Shown here piece after piece: positions 17,521 to 26,049 of a stretch of DNA of 43,401 nucleotides. The stretch comes from a virus: IMG/VR virus record IMGVR_UViG_3300006217_000126; one strand, written 5' to 3'. A program made the position numbers and the translations under genes. Below the pieces are notes generated by a model that was not told where the DNA came from, did no database searches, and saw nothing but the letters and a program-made list of their open reading frames with translations. Numbering within the stretch: position 1 is the first letter of the stretch; each line of letters begins with the position of its first letter.

Positions 17521-17949
17521 ATGGGGTTATTTCCAGCATACATTGAAAATGGTATCGGAGCGTCACAGACTAAGGTACATAAAATGCCAAAGGAATATGA
17601 AATTGATTTTGAGACAGGGAAGTTAACGGGAAATGTTGTAGAAGGAAAGGATGCAATCCGGATTTGGATTTGGCTTGTGCTGCAAACACAACGCTACCGG
17701 TATTATGTCTATACCTGGGACTATGGCAATGAATTTGAAGATCTGATAGGCCAGGGATATACAGAAGAATATATAGAGGCGGAAGCCAGACGGATGACGG
17801 AAGACTGCCTGATGGTGAATGAAAATATACAGGATATTTCTGGTTTTTCTGTACGAACAGAGGGTGATAAGCTGATTATATCGTTTACGGTAGATACAAT
17901 ATATGGGAACATAGAATTACAAGATCAGGCAATAGCAAGGCCAATTTAA
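17521..17949 (+). CDS. Baseplate wedge protein (XkdS/DUF2634, gp25-like)
   Basis: Contains IWIWLVLQTQRYRYYVYTWDYGNEFEDLIG, a motif typical of the family. Confidence 0.55.
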   Translation: MGLFPAYIENGIGASQTKVHKMPKEYEIDFETGKLTGNVVEGKDAIRIWIWLVLQTQRYRYYVYTWDYGNEFEDLIGQGYTEEYIEAEARRMTEDCLMVNENIQDISGFSVRTEGDKLIISFTVDTIYGNIELQDQAIARPI

Positions 17950-17961
17950 AGGGGGCTGAAT

Positions 17962-19029
17962 ATGCTATTCGATAATAAAACGTTAAACAATATTATGATT
18001 GACCTAAAAGATACGGTAAAAGGTGATATGGACATCCGGGAAGGCACATTAATTGACCATGCCTTCCGGGGGGCGGCTGCGGAGTTTGAACAAGCTTATA
18101 TTGGTTTAGGGTTAATTGACCAGAATGGGTACGCAGAAACAGCAGACAGGGAACATTTGATTTTACGGGCAAAAGAAAGGGGGATAGAACCATTACCGGC
18201 ATCCAATGCTGTGTGGAAAGCGGAATTTAATATTGATGTAGAATTAAATACCCGTTTTTCAGCAAAAGAATTAACTTATATTTGTACCAAAAAAATCGAA
18301 CCAGGAAAATACAGGATTATGTGTGAACAAAGTGGTACCAGAGGCAATGTAAAGCAAAAAGACCTGATACCGATTGAACATATAGATGGTTTCGAAAGCG
18401 GAGAATTAACAGAGCTTTTAATACCAGCACGGGATGATGAAGGGACGGAAGATTTTCGGATACGTTATATCTCCACTGTTTCAGCGGCACAGGCATTTGG
18501 AGGAAACCGCGCACAGTACAAAGCGGTGATGCATGAAATAGATGGGGTTGGGGCCTGTAAAATATACAGGGTTACACAGAACGAGAGGAGAATAAAAATA
18601 TACTTTCTTGACAGCCAATATAAAACGCCAAGTGATACCCTGGTATCCGATGTGCAGGAAATTATAGATCCCGTTGAAAATCAAGGTGATGGAGCGGGGA
18701 AAGCAGCGATTTTTCATGTTGTGGATATTTACCCATGCATATCAAAAACAGTGGAAATTGAGGCAAACATAATGATAGATACAGGATATCTATGGGAAGA
18801 TTTGTTGTCAGGGATAGAAAAGGAGATCGACCGTTATTTTGGAGAATTGGCAAAGGGATGGGAGAGCGAGGAACATATAATTGTAAGAATATTAAAAATA
18901 AATGCGGCCATTGCAAATGTGACAGGGGTTGTAGATGTACAAAATACAGCTTTAAATGGCAAAAATGAGAATCTGTTATTGGATCCAAATGCAATACCGG
19001 TTAGAGGGGAAATTTTATGCAGACAATGA
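17962..19029 (+). CDS. Baseplate J-like protein (XkdT-like)
   Basis: 355 aa. Called from synteny and the N-terminal REGTLIDHAF..AAEFEQAY pattern. Confidence 0.7.
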   Translation: MLFDNKTLNNIMIDLKDTVKGDMDIREGTLIDHAFRGAAAEFEQAYIGLGLIDQNGYAETADREHLILRAKERGIEPLPASNAVWKAEFNIDVELNTRFSAKELTYICTKKIEPGKYRIMCEQSGTRGNVKQKDLIPIEHIDGFESGELTELLIPARDDEGTEDFRIRYISTVSAAQAFGGNRAQYKAVMHEIDGVGACKIYRVTQNERRIKIYFLDSQYKTPSDTLVSDVQEIIDPVENQGDGAGKAAIFHVVDIYPCISKTVEIEANIMIDTGYLWEDLLSGIEKEIDRYFGELAKGWESEEHIIVRILKINAAIANVTGVVDVQNTALNGKNENLLLDPNAIPVRGEILCRQ

Positions 19030-19904
19030 TATTGAATCACTATCCTTCGGTGATAAAGCAGATTGAGGAAATAAAGCAAATTGCAAATGCAGAAGATATA
19101 GAGTTTTCAAAACTAAATCTATCAGCAGATAAAGTTATAAAAAATATGTTTATTCTGACAGCAGATAAAACAGGGGTAGAAAGGTTTGAACATTTGCTTA
19201 GAATTACCCCAAAGGGAACACAGAGTTTAGAAGAACGAAAAGCAGTGATTTTGTTTCAGGCAAACCGGAGAAAAATGAGTTTAACGGAATTGCAGACCAT
19301 GTTGCTTGATTATCTGCCAGGAGTACAGTTTTTCATTGATAAAGTGGAAATGAAATTAACGGTGACGATAGGTATTGATGCAGGGCGAGTGGAAATTTTA
19401 AGAAACATAATTGATGAGATTCTCCCATTAGAAATTTATTTTATGCTGGGTTATCATGACACTTTTGGTTCAAGTGTGAGACATTCTATGGCAATAACCT
19501 TCATTATGGTTTTCTATCCCCAGTTTAACCTTTCGGAACTTTTCCTAGACGGCCGTTGGGAGCTGGATGGAACACATATGCTTGATGGTTACGATGGAGG
19601 CAGGAGGATCGATCTTCATCCAGTTGGAATAGAGTATTTACCAAAAGTAAAGGAGGTGCTGCAGGAAAAAACCGATATTATATTTTTGATGGAATCTAAA
19701 GAAGTGATAGCAAGTGAACAGGAAATGGAGATACAGGCTTCAGTGGATCATTATGGGACATTTGAAGAAAGCATTACCATACAGATGGAAACAGAGGTTA
19801 GTGTCAGAGTAGGAGAAATTTTGATGGAAAACCAGAATTTTCTGGATGGTGATTGGGCATTAGATGGAAGCAGAGAGTTAAACGGTGGCAGTTATCAGTG
19901 GTAA
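19017..19904 (+). CDS. Baseplate/tail-fibre connector (XkdU/YmfQ, DUF2313-like)
   Basis: 295 aa overlapping the end of baseplate J. N-terminus resembles the family (YPSVIKQIEEIKQIANAED). Confidence 0.5.
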   Translation: MQTMILNHYPSVIKQIEEIKQIANAEDIEFSKLNLSADKVIKNMFILTADKTGVERFEHLLRITPKGTQSLEERKAVILFQANRRKMSLTELQTMLLDYLPGVQFFIDKVEMKLTVTIGIDAGRVEILRNIIDEILPLEIYFMLGYHDTFGSSVRHSMAITFIMVFYPQFNLSELFLDGRWELDGTHMLDGYDGGRRIDLHPVGIEYLPKVKEVLQEKTDIIFLMESKEVIASEQEMEIQASVDHYGTFEESITIQMETEVSVRVGEILMENQNFLDGDWALDGSRELNGGSYQW

Positions 19905-19931
19905 ATTAAAAATTAAGGAGATTTTAATTCT

Positions 19932-20327
19932 ATGGATAATGTAGGAGTGACAACCGCTATAGGGCGAAAGAAATTGTGTATGGCTCATGCTGGGGATGCA
20001 GTTCTCCCAGCAATTACAAAGATGGCTTGGGGGAATGGCGGGATTGATGAAAGCGGGCAGCCTATTGACACAACGGGAAATGAAATCGGATTATATAACC
20101 AGCTTTTGGAAAAAGGTATTGAATCCCATGAGTACAATGATGATTACACAACTTGTTTTTATACTGCTACTTTGGAAGTTGGGGAGTTAGACGGGGAAGA
20201 AATATCGGAAATAGGGCTGTTTGATGCAGAGGGTGACTTAATCGTGTATAGAACCTTTGGACGTAAATGGAAAGATGCTGATATTCCACAGGTCTATCAA
20301 ATGAAAGAGATTTTTCTACCAAAATAA
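19932..20327 (+). CDS. Tail-collar fibre-like protein
   Basis: Contains GRKKLCMAHAGDAVLPAITKMAWGNGG...EIGLFDAEGDLIVY, resembling the phage tail-collar fibre N-terminal domain. Confidence 0.55.
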   Translation: MDNVGVTTAIGRKKLCMAHAGDAVLPAITKMAWGNGGIDESGQPIDTTGNEIGLYNQLLEKGIESHEYNDDYTTCFYTATLEVGELDGEEISEIGLFDAEGDLIVYRTFGRKWKDADIPQVYQMKEIFLPK

Positions 20328-20344
20328 AGAAAGGTAAGATAAAG

Positions 20345-20776
20345 ATGGAATTTATAGAGATTAATAACCCGCCAATTTTTACCCCGGAAATAAGGAAGTG
20401 GTCAAGAAATACGAAAGCGAATGGTGCCGAGATGGCACAGGATATTGGAAAGCTGCTGAACAATGAAATCTACTTAAAGACCGAATTAGAACGCATGGAC
20501 CATGTAGCTTTGGCTGTGCTGCCTGCATCCGGGTGGACAGGCAGCAGCGCTCCCTATATCCAAACTGTAAGCGTGGAAGGCGCGAAGGAAGACCGGGATG
20601 CACGCCTGGTAAGCGTTCTTGCGGACGGGGCTTCTTTGGAGGTGCAGAAAGCCTACATGAAGGCGTTTTCCCTTATCAGCAGCGGGACCGGGGTATTGGG
20701 GGACGGGGTGGCTACCTTCAAGGTGTATAAGAAGCCAGCGACGGATATTACCGTTGGGCTTTTGGGGGTGATGTGA
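20345..20776 (+). CDS. Hypothetical tail-fibre-region protein
   Basis: 143-codon ORF between the collar and fibre genes. Confidence 0.5.
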   Translation: MEFIEINNPPIFTPEIRKWSRNTKANGAEMAQDIGKLLNNEIYLKTELERMDHVALAVLPASGWTGSSAPYIQTVSVEGAKEDRDARLVSVLADGASLEVQKAYMKAFSLISSGTGVLGDGVATFKVYKKPATDITVGLLGVM

Positions 20777-22335
20777 TGGGGAAAATCTATATGGCTGGGG
20801 CAGGCGGAAGCGGCGGGGACTTAGATCTGGTGACGGCGGCTTCCGGGGATATCCTGAAAGGGAAGGTGATTGTCGGGCCGGACGGGGAGCCCCTTACCGG
20901 GACGCTGGCCCTGTCCGGGAATGCGGCGGATTCCCAGGTGCTTTCCGGCAAAACTTATTATAATACGGATGCAAAAACAAAGAGGACGGGCACTATGGCA
21001 AATCAGGGAGCGAAGACAGCCTCTCTAAACTGCGGGGGCAGCTATGCCATCCCCGCGGGATACCATAACGGTTCCGGCAAGGTGACGGCCAACAGCCTGG
21101 CGTCTCAGACAAGCGCCACAGCGGGAGCCGGGGATATCCTGAGCGGGAAGACGGCGTATGTGAATGGGAGCAAAGTGACCGGGACGCTGGCTGTGCAGTC
21201 CATCCTGTCTTTTAAGGCAGCCCCTTCCGGGATTAAAAATGTGGTGTTTACCTGGAAAAACCCGGCAAAAGGGGCGTTCTCCGGGGTCATTATCGTGTAT
21301 AAGACCGGAGGGTATCCGGCGAATATAAACGATGGGACCCGGATATACAAGGGGTCAGGCAACAACAGTGCGGCCAATGGCACATCCAGCGTCACCTGCG
21401 CCATGCCTGGCGAAAGCACGACCTATTATTTCCGTGCGTTTTCCTACGCGGTAAAAGGAGGCGCAGAGTGGATCCATGGCACGACCTATACCGCCACTGC
21501 GGCTACATCCAAATCTTTGTATGTCTTCACCTCATCCGGAAGCTTTACGATTCCTTCCGGGGTGACAAAGGCGGATATATTCTGTGTGGGGGGAGGAGGC
21601 GGCGGAGGAGCCGGAAGGGGAGGAAACGGAACCGGGGCATCCGGAGGATCCCAGAGACAGAACTCCGGGGGAGGAGGCGGAGGCGGGTATACGGCAAGCA
21701 AGTTAAATTATGCGGTAAGCCCGGGAGCCGTGTTTGCAGTGACCATCGGGGCTGGGGGCGCCGGAGGGGAAACGGGCTATGCCACGGTGTCTCCTAAGAC
21801 TGGAGGAACAGGAGGAACCTCAAGTTTTGGAAGCGTGTTAAGCGCATCCGGAGGGAAAGGGGGGCAGGGAGGCCGTGGCTATTCCGAACCTGCCAATGTG
21901 GGAGGCTACGGCGGAGCAGGCGGTTCAGGAGGAGGCGGCGGTAATGGAACAGACGGAACCAATTTAAAAGGCGCATCCGGGGGAAGCAACGGAGGAAACG
22001 GGGCAGCCGGGAGTAAGGCGGGAAGCAAGCATAGCGCAGGAGCCGGGGGAGCCGGCCAGGGGACCACAACAAGGGCCTTTGGGGAATCGTCCAACACGTT
22101 GTATGCCGGAGGAGGAGGTTCGGGGCCTGTGGGGTACAGCGCCTGGGATAGAGATTACTCGGGAGCGGGCGGCTCAGGAGGAGGCGGGAAAGGCTCTGAC
22201 CAGGGAGGCGCCGGCACGGCAAACACCGGAGGCGGGGGAGGTGGATCGGGATGTACCCAGAACGACCTTACCGCATGTCCGGCAAGAGCCGGGGGAGCGG
22301 GCGGATCGGGGGTTGTCCTGGTTCGTCTGAAATAA
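20776..22335 (+). CDS. Glycine-rich tail fibre / receptor-binding protein
   Basis: Three N-terminal repeats of type ILxGKxxxxxxGxxxTGTLA, then an FN3-like segment. The C-terminal glycine-rich domain runs from FTIPSGVTKADIFCVGGGGGGG to GGAGGSGVVLVRL. Confidence 0.7.
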   Translation: MGKIYMAGAGGSGGDLDLVTAASGDILKGKVIVGPDGEPLTGTLALSGNAADSQVLSGKTYYNTDAKTKRTGTMANQGAKTASLNCGGSYAIPAGYHNGSGKVTANSLASQTSATAGAGDILSGKTAYVNGSKVTGTLAVQSILSFKAAPSGIKNVVFTWKNPAKGAFSGVIIVYKTGGYPANINDGTRIYKGSGNNSAANGTSSVTCAMPGESTTYYFRAFSYAVKGGAEWIHGTTYTATAATSKSLYVFTSSGSFTIPSGVTKADIFCVGGGGGGGAGRGGNGTGASGGSQRQNSGGGGGGGYTASKLNYAVSPGAVFAVTIGAGGAGGETGYATVSPKTGGTGGTSSFGSVLSASGGKGGQGGRGYSEPANVGGYGGAGGSGGGGGNGTDGTNLKGASGGSNGGNGAAGSKAGSKHSAGAGGAGQGTTTRAFGESSNTLYAGGGGSGPVGYSAWDRDYSGAGGSGGGGKGSDQGGAGTANTGGGGGGSGCTQNDLTACPARAGGAGGSGVVLVRLK

Positions 22336-22360
22336 AATGAACAGAAAGAAGGGGATCAGA

Positions 22361-22699
22361 ATGACTGTACATGAAGTATATGCGCAGATATGGGAAGGAC
22401 AGGTTCAGAACATCATTGTCTGCGACAATTATGAGATGGCTAACTATTTATCCAGGATGTCTTATGGGGAGGAAGGCTTTGCAGTGGAATGCAGCCGGTA
22501 TGCCTGTACGCTGGGGGATTTCTACCATGATGGGGCATTCTGGAGGCGGGATTCAGAGACCGGGGAGGAAAGTGAGGTAAAGCGTATACCGACGTCCGAA
22601 GAACAGGTAGCGAAATTGGAAGCGGAGAATGCCGTGCTGCTGCAGCAGGTTACAGACACTCAGCTTGCATTATGTGAGGTCTATGAATTAATGGGATAA
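22361..22699 (+). CDS. Hypothetical protein downstream of the fibre
   Basis: ATG at 22361 follows GAAAGAAGGGG. Has a C-terminal coiled segment. Confidence 0.5.
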   Translation: MTVHEVYAQIWEGQVQNIIVCDNYEMANYLSRMSYGEEGFAVECSRYACTLGDFYHDGAFWRRDSETGEESEVKRIPTSEEQVAKLEAENAVLLQQVTDTQLALCEVYELMG

Positions 22700-22713
22700 G
22701 GAGGTGAGGAGAG

Positions 22714-22815
22714 ATGGCGAAGGTGTATGCAGAGTTAATTCGAAAAAAACTAAAGACCCTGGAGGATGTGCCGGAGAAGCTGAGGGCGGCGGTTATGGCT
22801 GTTTTAGCGGAGTGA
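22714..22815 (+). CDS. Small XkdX/CD1375-like protein (33 aa)
   Basis: MAKVYAELIRKKLKTLEDVPEKLRAAVMAVLAE, after GGAGGTGAGGAG. Below the length cutoff of the ORF track. Confidence 0.55.
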   Translation: MAKVYAELIRKKLKTLEDVPEKLRAAVMAVLAE

Positions 22816-22859
22816 AGACGGATGTCTGGTTTTATCCCGGAAGGAGGTGAAAAAAGGGG

Positions 22860-23129
22860 ATGTATGTGGATGCACAGACAGTCATAGCAGCGGCTTCTCT
22901 ATTTGGAGCTGTGACGGTGATTTTTGGAGGAATCTTTGCAGCTTACCGTTGGTACATACGGCAGAATCTTCAGGATGAGGACATCAACGCAATGAAAGAG
23001 GAGATGTGCCTGTTGACTTATGGGGTGTTATCCTGCCTGAAAGGATTGAAGGAACAGGGCTGCAATGGCCCGGTAACGGAAGCAATCGGAAAGATTGAAA
23101 AGCATATGAATCAGGAAGCGCATAAGTAA
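22860..23129 (+). CDS. Membrane-anchored protein of the lysis cassette
   Basis: One N-terminal TM segment (VIAAASLFGAVTVIFGGIFAAY) followed by a soluble Cys-containing tail. Confidence 0.5.
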   Translation: MYVDAQTVIAAASLFGAVTVIFGGIFAAYRWYIRQNLQDEDINAMKEEMCLLTYGVLSCLKGLKEQGCNGPVTEAIGKIEKHMNQEAHK

Positions 23130-23169
23130 ACGACAGCAATACCAGAAAACGGGAGAAAAGAGGGAAAGT

Positions 23170-23496
23170 ATGAACGTAAATGAAATGCTTCAATATGTAT
23201 CGTATCTGTTAATTGCCATTGGGGTGATGGCTTTTATCGTATCCGTGATTACCCAGGTGATAAAGTCCTGGCCAGGTCTGGACAGGCTGCCTACGTCAGC
23301 AGTGGTGATTGTGCTGTCACTGCTTCTATGCCCGGTATCCTTTGTGGCTATGATGTCCTGGATGAAACAGCCAATACAGTGGTGGTATTTGTTTGCCTGC
23401 ATGATAGCGGCGTTTGTAGTGGCTCTGGTATCCATGGATGGCTGGGAGCGGGTGAGGGAAATATGGGAACGTACTGGATATAAAGAAACAGAATAA
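23170..23496 (+). CDS. Holin
   Basis: 108 aa with three hydrophobic segments and a charged C-terminus. Directly upstream of the endolysin. Confidence 0.7.
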   Translation: MNVNEMLQYVSYLLIAIGVMAFIVSVITQVIKSWPGLDRLPTSAVVIVLSLLLCPVSFVAMMSWMKQPIQWWYLFACMIAAFVVALVSMDGWERVREIWERTGYKETE

Positions 23497-23522
23497 TGGT
23501 TGCGATGGTCGCAACTCAAACG

Positions 23523-23542
23523 GGGGCAGGATAACCTGCCCC
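23523..23542 (+). terminator. Hairpin between holin and endolysin
   Basis: GGGGCAGG / CCTGCCCC 8-bp stem with an ATAA loop, then tcatttta. A second 7-bp hairpin (GTTGCGA/TCGCAAC) lies at 23499-23515. Confidence 0.45.
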
Positions 23543-23573
23543 TCATTTTATAGATATAGAAAGGGGGTATTTT

Positions 23574-24350
23574 ATGACAGCCGTAGAGAAATTAATCAGC
23601 ATAGCCAAACAAGAAAACGGATACCTGGAAAAGAGATCAAACAAAGACTTGGACAGCAAGACAGGGAATGCCGGCAGCAACAATTATACAAAATATGCCC
23701 GTGACCTGTATCCTTCCCTGCAGGGGCAGGCATGGTGTGATATGTATGTGGATTGGTGCTTTGTGAAGGCTTTTGGGCAGGTTACTGCCCGTCAGTTGCT
23801 TTGTGGAGGGTTTAGCGCCTACACCCCTACATCGGCCGGGTATTACAAAAATAAGGGGCGGTGGCGCACGTCACCAGAGCCGGGAGACCAGATATTCTTT
23901 AAAAATACTGTCCGGATCTGTCACACCGGCATTGTTACCAGGGTAACATCAAACAAGGTGTATACAATAGAGGGCAATACCAGCGGAGCTTCCGGAGTGA
24001 TTGCCAATGGAGGCGGGGTATGCGAGAAATCTTATGATTTGTCACATTCCGGAATTGCCGGGTATGGAAGGCCGGACTGGAGCATGGCAGAGGATCCATG
24101 GTATGCAGAAGGGTGGCACCATGATCAGAATGGGTGGTGGTACGCAGATACCGAAGGTACCTATCTGCAGTCCTGCTGGCAGGTTATCAATGGGCATAAA
24201 TATTACTTTAACCAGGATGGATATGCCGTGACAGACTGGCAGGAGATTGAGGGTAAGTGGTATTATTTTGAACCACGTGCCGGACATTCATTGGAGTGTG
24301 CGCTTTATGTAACAGATGTGGATGGGGTACAGGCTCCTGGAAAATTTTAA
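23574..24350 (+). CDS. Endolysin: CHAP domain plus C-terminal cell-wall-binding repeats
   Basis: CHAP motifs AWCDMYVDWCF and GDQIFF..HTGIV..IEGNTS. The C-terminus has GWWYAD..YYFNQDGYAVTDWQEIEGKWYYF repeats of CW_binding_1 type. Confidence 0.85.
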   Translation: MTAVEKLISIAKQENGYLEKRSNKDLDSKTGNAGSNNYTKYARDLYPSLQGQAWCDMYVDWCFVKAFGQVTARQLLCGGFSAYTPTSAGYYKNKGRWRTSPEPGDQIFFKNTVRICHTGIVTRVTSNKVYTIEGNTSGASGVIANGGGVCEKSYDLSHSGIAGYGRPDWSMAEDPWYAEGWHHDQNGWWYADTEGTYLQSCWQVINGHKYYFNQDGYAVTDWQEIEGKWYYFEPRAGHSLECALYVTDVDGVQAPGKF

Positions 24351-24358
24351 GAGAAGAT

Positions 24359-24383
24359 AGGCGATAGGATAAGCCTATCGCCT
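24359..24383. terminator. Bidirectional terminator hairpin between convergent genes
   Basis: Perfect 10-bp stem AGGCGATAGG / CCTATCGCCT with an ATAAG loop. Confidence 0.6.
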
Positions 24384-24435
24384 GTTCCGTTACCATACGA
24401 CCTGCATTACCCGGCAGGGACGGGATGAAATCATA

Positions 24436-24702
24436 TTACCGATGGCTTTCAATATCTTCCCTCGTAGGAATCATTGCCTTGAGCGCGCCCAACTGCATTA
24501 AATATTCTGTGTTTGAGATTCTTCTTCTTGCAAGTTTCCCATCACAATCAGCTCTAAGGCAGGAGCTTTCTTCCAGACGGTAACATCTTCCGTTGTATTC
24601 ATCTCTTTCGTAATCTATTCCATCAAGCATGAAATTGTTGTCATTACAGTAGAAATGATTGTTATTATTGCAGATAAGTCCATTCTGTAATTTTATTAAC
24701 AT
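24436..24702 (-). CDS. Hypothetical Cys-rich protein (88 aa), cargo gene
   Basis: The internal ATG at 24702 has the RBS GGAGAAAGAAGGG. Protein begins MLIKLQNGLICNNNNHFYCNDNNF. Confidence 0.5.
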   Translation of the reverse strand: MLIKLQNGLICNNNNHFYCNDNNFMLDGIDYERDEYNGRCYRLEESSCLRADCDGKLARRRISNTEYLMQLGALKAMIPTREDIESHR

Positions 24703-24751
24703 ATTTTCCCTTCTTTCTCCCGGCGCATCCACGCCGGGTGGGTGGTATGGT

Positions 24752-24913
24752 CTATTTATTATGGCACCCAGTTGCTCTTGCGAATGTTTCAAGTGCTAAT
24801 TTAGCGGCCTTGTGCGCTTCTTTAAGTTCTAAATTCTTTGTATCAGCGCAAGAAGCATAAAATAATTTTTCTTCGTTATCTGCTAATAAATTGAAAATTT
24901 CATGATATGTCAT
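24752..24913 (-). CDS. Hypothetical small protein (53 aa), cargo gene
   Basis: ATG at 24913 follows GGAACGGAGGA. Protein begins MTYHEIFNLLADNEEKLFY. Confidence 0.45.
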   Translation of the reverse strand: MTYHEIFNLLADNEEKLFYASCADTKNLELKEAHKAAKLALETFARATGCHNK

Positions 24914-25014
24914 TTTCCATATCCTCCGTTCCTTTGATAGATATACCATACACTATTTTTTATATATTGTCAACACTTTTTTATAAATAATTTTATATAA
25001 AATAAATTAATTAA

Positions 25015-25043
25015 TTGACTAAATATAAAATATAATGTATTAT
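25015..25043 (+). promoter_or_regulatory. Candidate sigma-A-type promoter of the small HTH gene
   Basis: TTGACT (25015-25020), 17-nt spacer, TATTAT (25038-25043). Confidence 0.45.
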
Positions 25044-25063
25044 ATGGGTAAAGGAGGTATAAT

Positions 25064-25282
25064 ATGGACGTGAGGGAATATATCAAGCTATGCTGCGTGA
25101 AAAGAGGAAATATGTCTGAGGCGGAACTTGCCAGACGAACCGGACAGACGCCACAAAACATGAATAATAAATACAAGCGGAATACTTTCAAAATTTCTGA
25201 ACTCGAAAAGGTTGCGGAGGCTCTTGGTGCTGATTTGAGGATTTCTTTCGTGGATAAAGAAACAGGAGAACCAATAATATAA
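25064..25282 (+). CDS. XRE-family helix-turn-helix protein (72 aa)
   Basis: HTH segment reads MSEAELARRTGQTPQNMNNKYKR. Preceded by the RBS AAAGGAGG. Confidence 0.7.
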   Translation: MDVREYIKLCCVKRGNMSEAELARRTGQTPQNMNNKYKRNTFKISELEKVAEALGADLRISFVDKETGEPII

Positions 25283-25322
25283 AAAATAATTTATAAAATA
25301 TAATAAATATTATATAAAACTA

Positions 25323-25351
25323 TTTACAAAATATAAAAAATAGTGTATAAT
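25323..25351 (+). promoter_or_regulatory. Candidate promoter
   Basis: TTTACA (25323-25328), 17-nt spacer, TATAAT (25346-25351). Confidence 0.45.
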
Positions 25352-25403
25352 AGTATTATCAGATGAGGCAAGTAAATCTGATGAACAGAAAGGAGAATAC
25401 AGA

Positions 25404-25571
25404 ATGTTGGAGGTAATGGACGAAATGGCAATTAGCGAAAAGGAAATGAAGTTGCTTATGAACTTTGTAAAAGATGATTTGAAAGAAGCAAGGGACAGCG
25501 AGGATGTAGAAAAGAAAAACAGTAAGATAGACAGGGTACTGGAACACATCCAGCAATACTTGGAGGATTAG
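25404..25571 (+). CDS. Hypothetical acidic helical protein (55 aa)
   Basis: MLEVMDEMAISEKEMKLLMNFVKDDLKEARD..., after AAAGGAG. Followed by a terminator. Below the length cutoff of the ORF track. Confidence 0.5.
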   Translation: MLEVMDEMAISEKEMKLLMNFVKDDLKEARDSEDVEKKNSKIDRVLEHIQQYLED

Positions 25572-25577
25572 AAAAAG

Positions 25578-25605
25578 AGAGCGGAACTTGCCACCGCTCT
25601 TTTTT
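25578..25605 (+). terminator. Rho-independent terminator
   Basis: AGAGCGG / CCGCTCT stem with a 9-nt loop, then TTTTT. Confidence 0.7.
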
Positions 25606-25853
25606 GAGGAAATTTCTTACAACAAAAGATACAGAGATATTATTTCTTAGGAATGGTTCATCTCCATTAACTCGTTGGATATCATAGAGAAGTAAGGATA
25701 TTATGGAAACCATTATTATGATTAATATATTTTTGATATCATTCATACTTAAAATCTCATCTTCTTGTGATAAATAAATGTTTTATGCAATACGACATAT
25801 CATGATTATCAATGAATTTATTATTGTGTATATTTCTCATTCATGCCATTGTA

Positions 25854-25873
25854 TATCACACAAAGTATCACAC
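25854..25873 (+). repeat. Pair of direct TATCACAC repeats, 12-bp pitch (left attP arm)
   Basis: TATCACAC at 25854-25861 and 25866-25873. Confidence 0.6.
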
Positions 25874-25919
25874 GAATTAGGGATAATGGTATAAAATAAA
25901 GGATTATTTCTATATTATC

Positions 25920-25944
25920 GCGGGTTCGAATCCCGTTGTCTCCA
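25920..25944 (+). other. attP core: 3'-terminal fragment of a tRNA gene (T-arm plus acceptor 3' strand)
   Basis: GCGGG-TTCGAAT-CCCGT followed by TGTCTCC-A. No D arm or anticodon arm lies upstream. It sits about 100 bp from the integrase 3' end. Confidence 0.7.
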
Positions 25945-25953
25945 TTTTATTTT

Positions 25954-26002
25954 ATCCTTGGAAATGCTAGATTTATTATTCAATGCTAGTATTTTCAAGG
26001 AT
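25954..26002. repeat. Imperfect palindrome next to the attP core
   Basis: ATCCTTGGAAATGCTAG (25954-25970) pairs with the reverse complement of 25986-26002 at 15/17 positions, with a 15-nt spacer. It contains the direct repeat AATGCTAG twice. Confidence 0.5.
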
Positions 26003-26049
26003 TTCTTGTATATGTACATTTATTATAAACATAGAATTAAATACACTGA

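Noticed and set aside
21468-22330. Several 60-140-aa ORFs in alternative frames or strands (Arg-rich, Pro-rich)
   Set aside because: They are artefacts of the GGN-repeat coding of the glycine-rich fibre gene. The products are low-complexity poly-R or poly-P.
19932-22335. Diversity-generating retroelement targeting the fibre genes
   Set aside because: No reverse-transcriptase ORF was found anywhere in the window, and I could not see a template-repeat copy of the fibre 3' end.
25456-25746. 96-aa minus-strand ORF with a hydrophobic N-terminus
   Set aside because: It runs through the plus-strand 55-aa ORF and its terminator. Only the first ~45 codons lie in otherwise free AT-rich DNA, and no RBS is visible.
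25920-25944. Possible tRNA gene
   Set aside because: Only the T-arm and the 3' acceptor strand are present, and the upstream sequence cannot form D or anticodon arms. It is interpreted as the attP core, not a functional tRNA.
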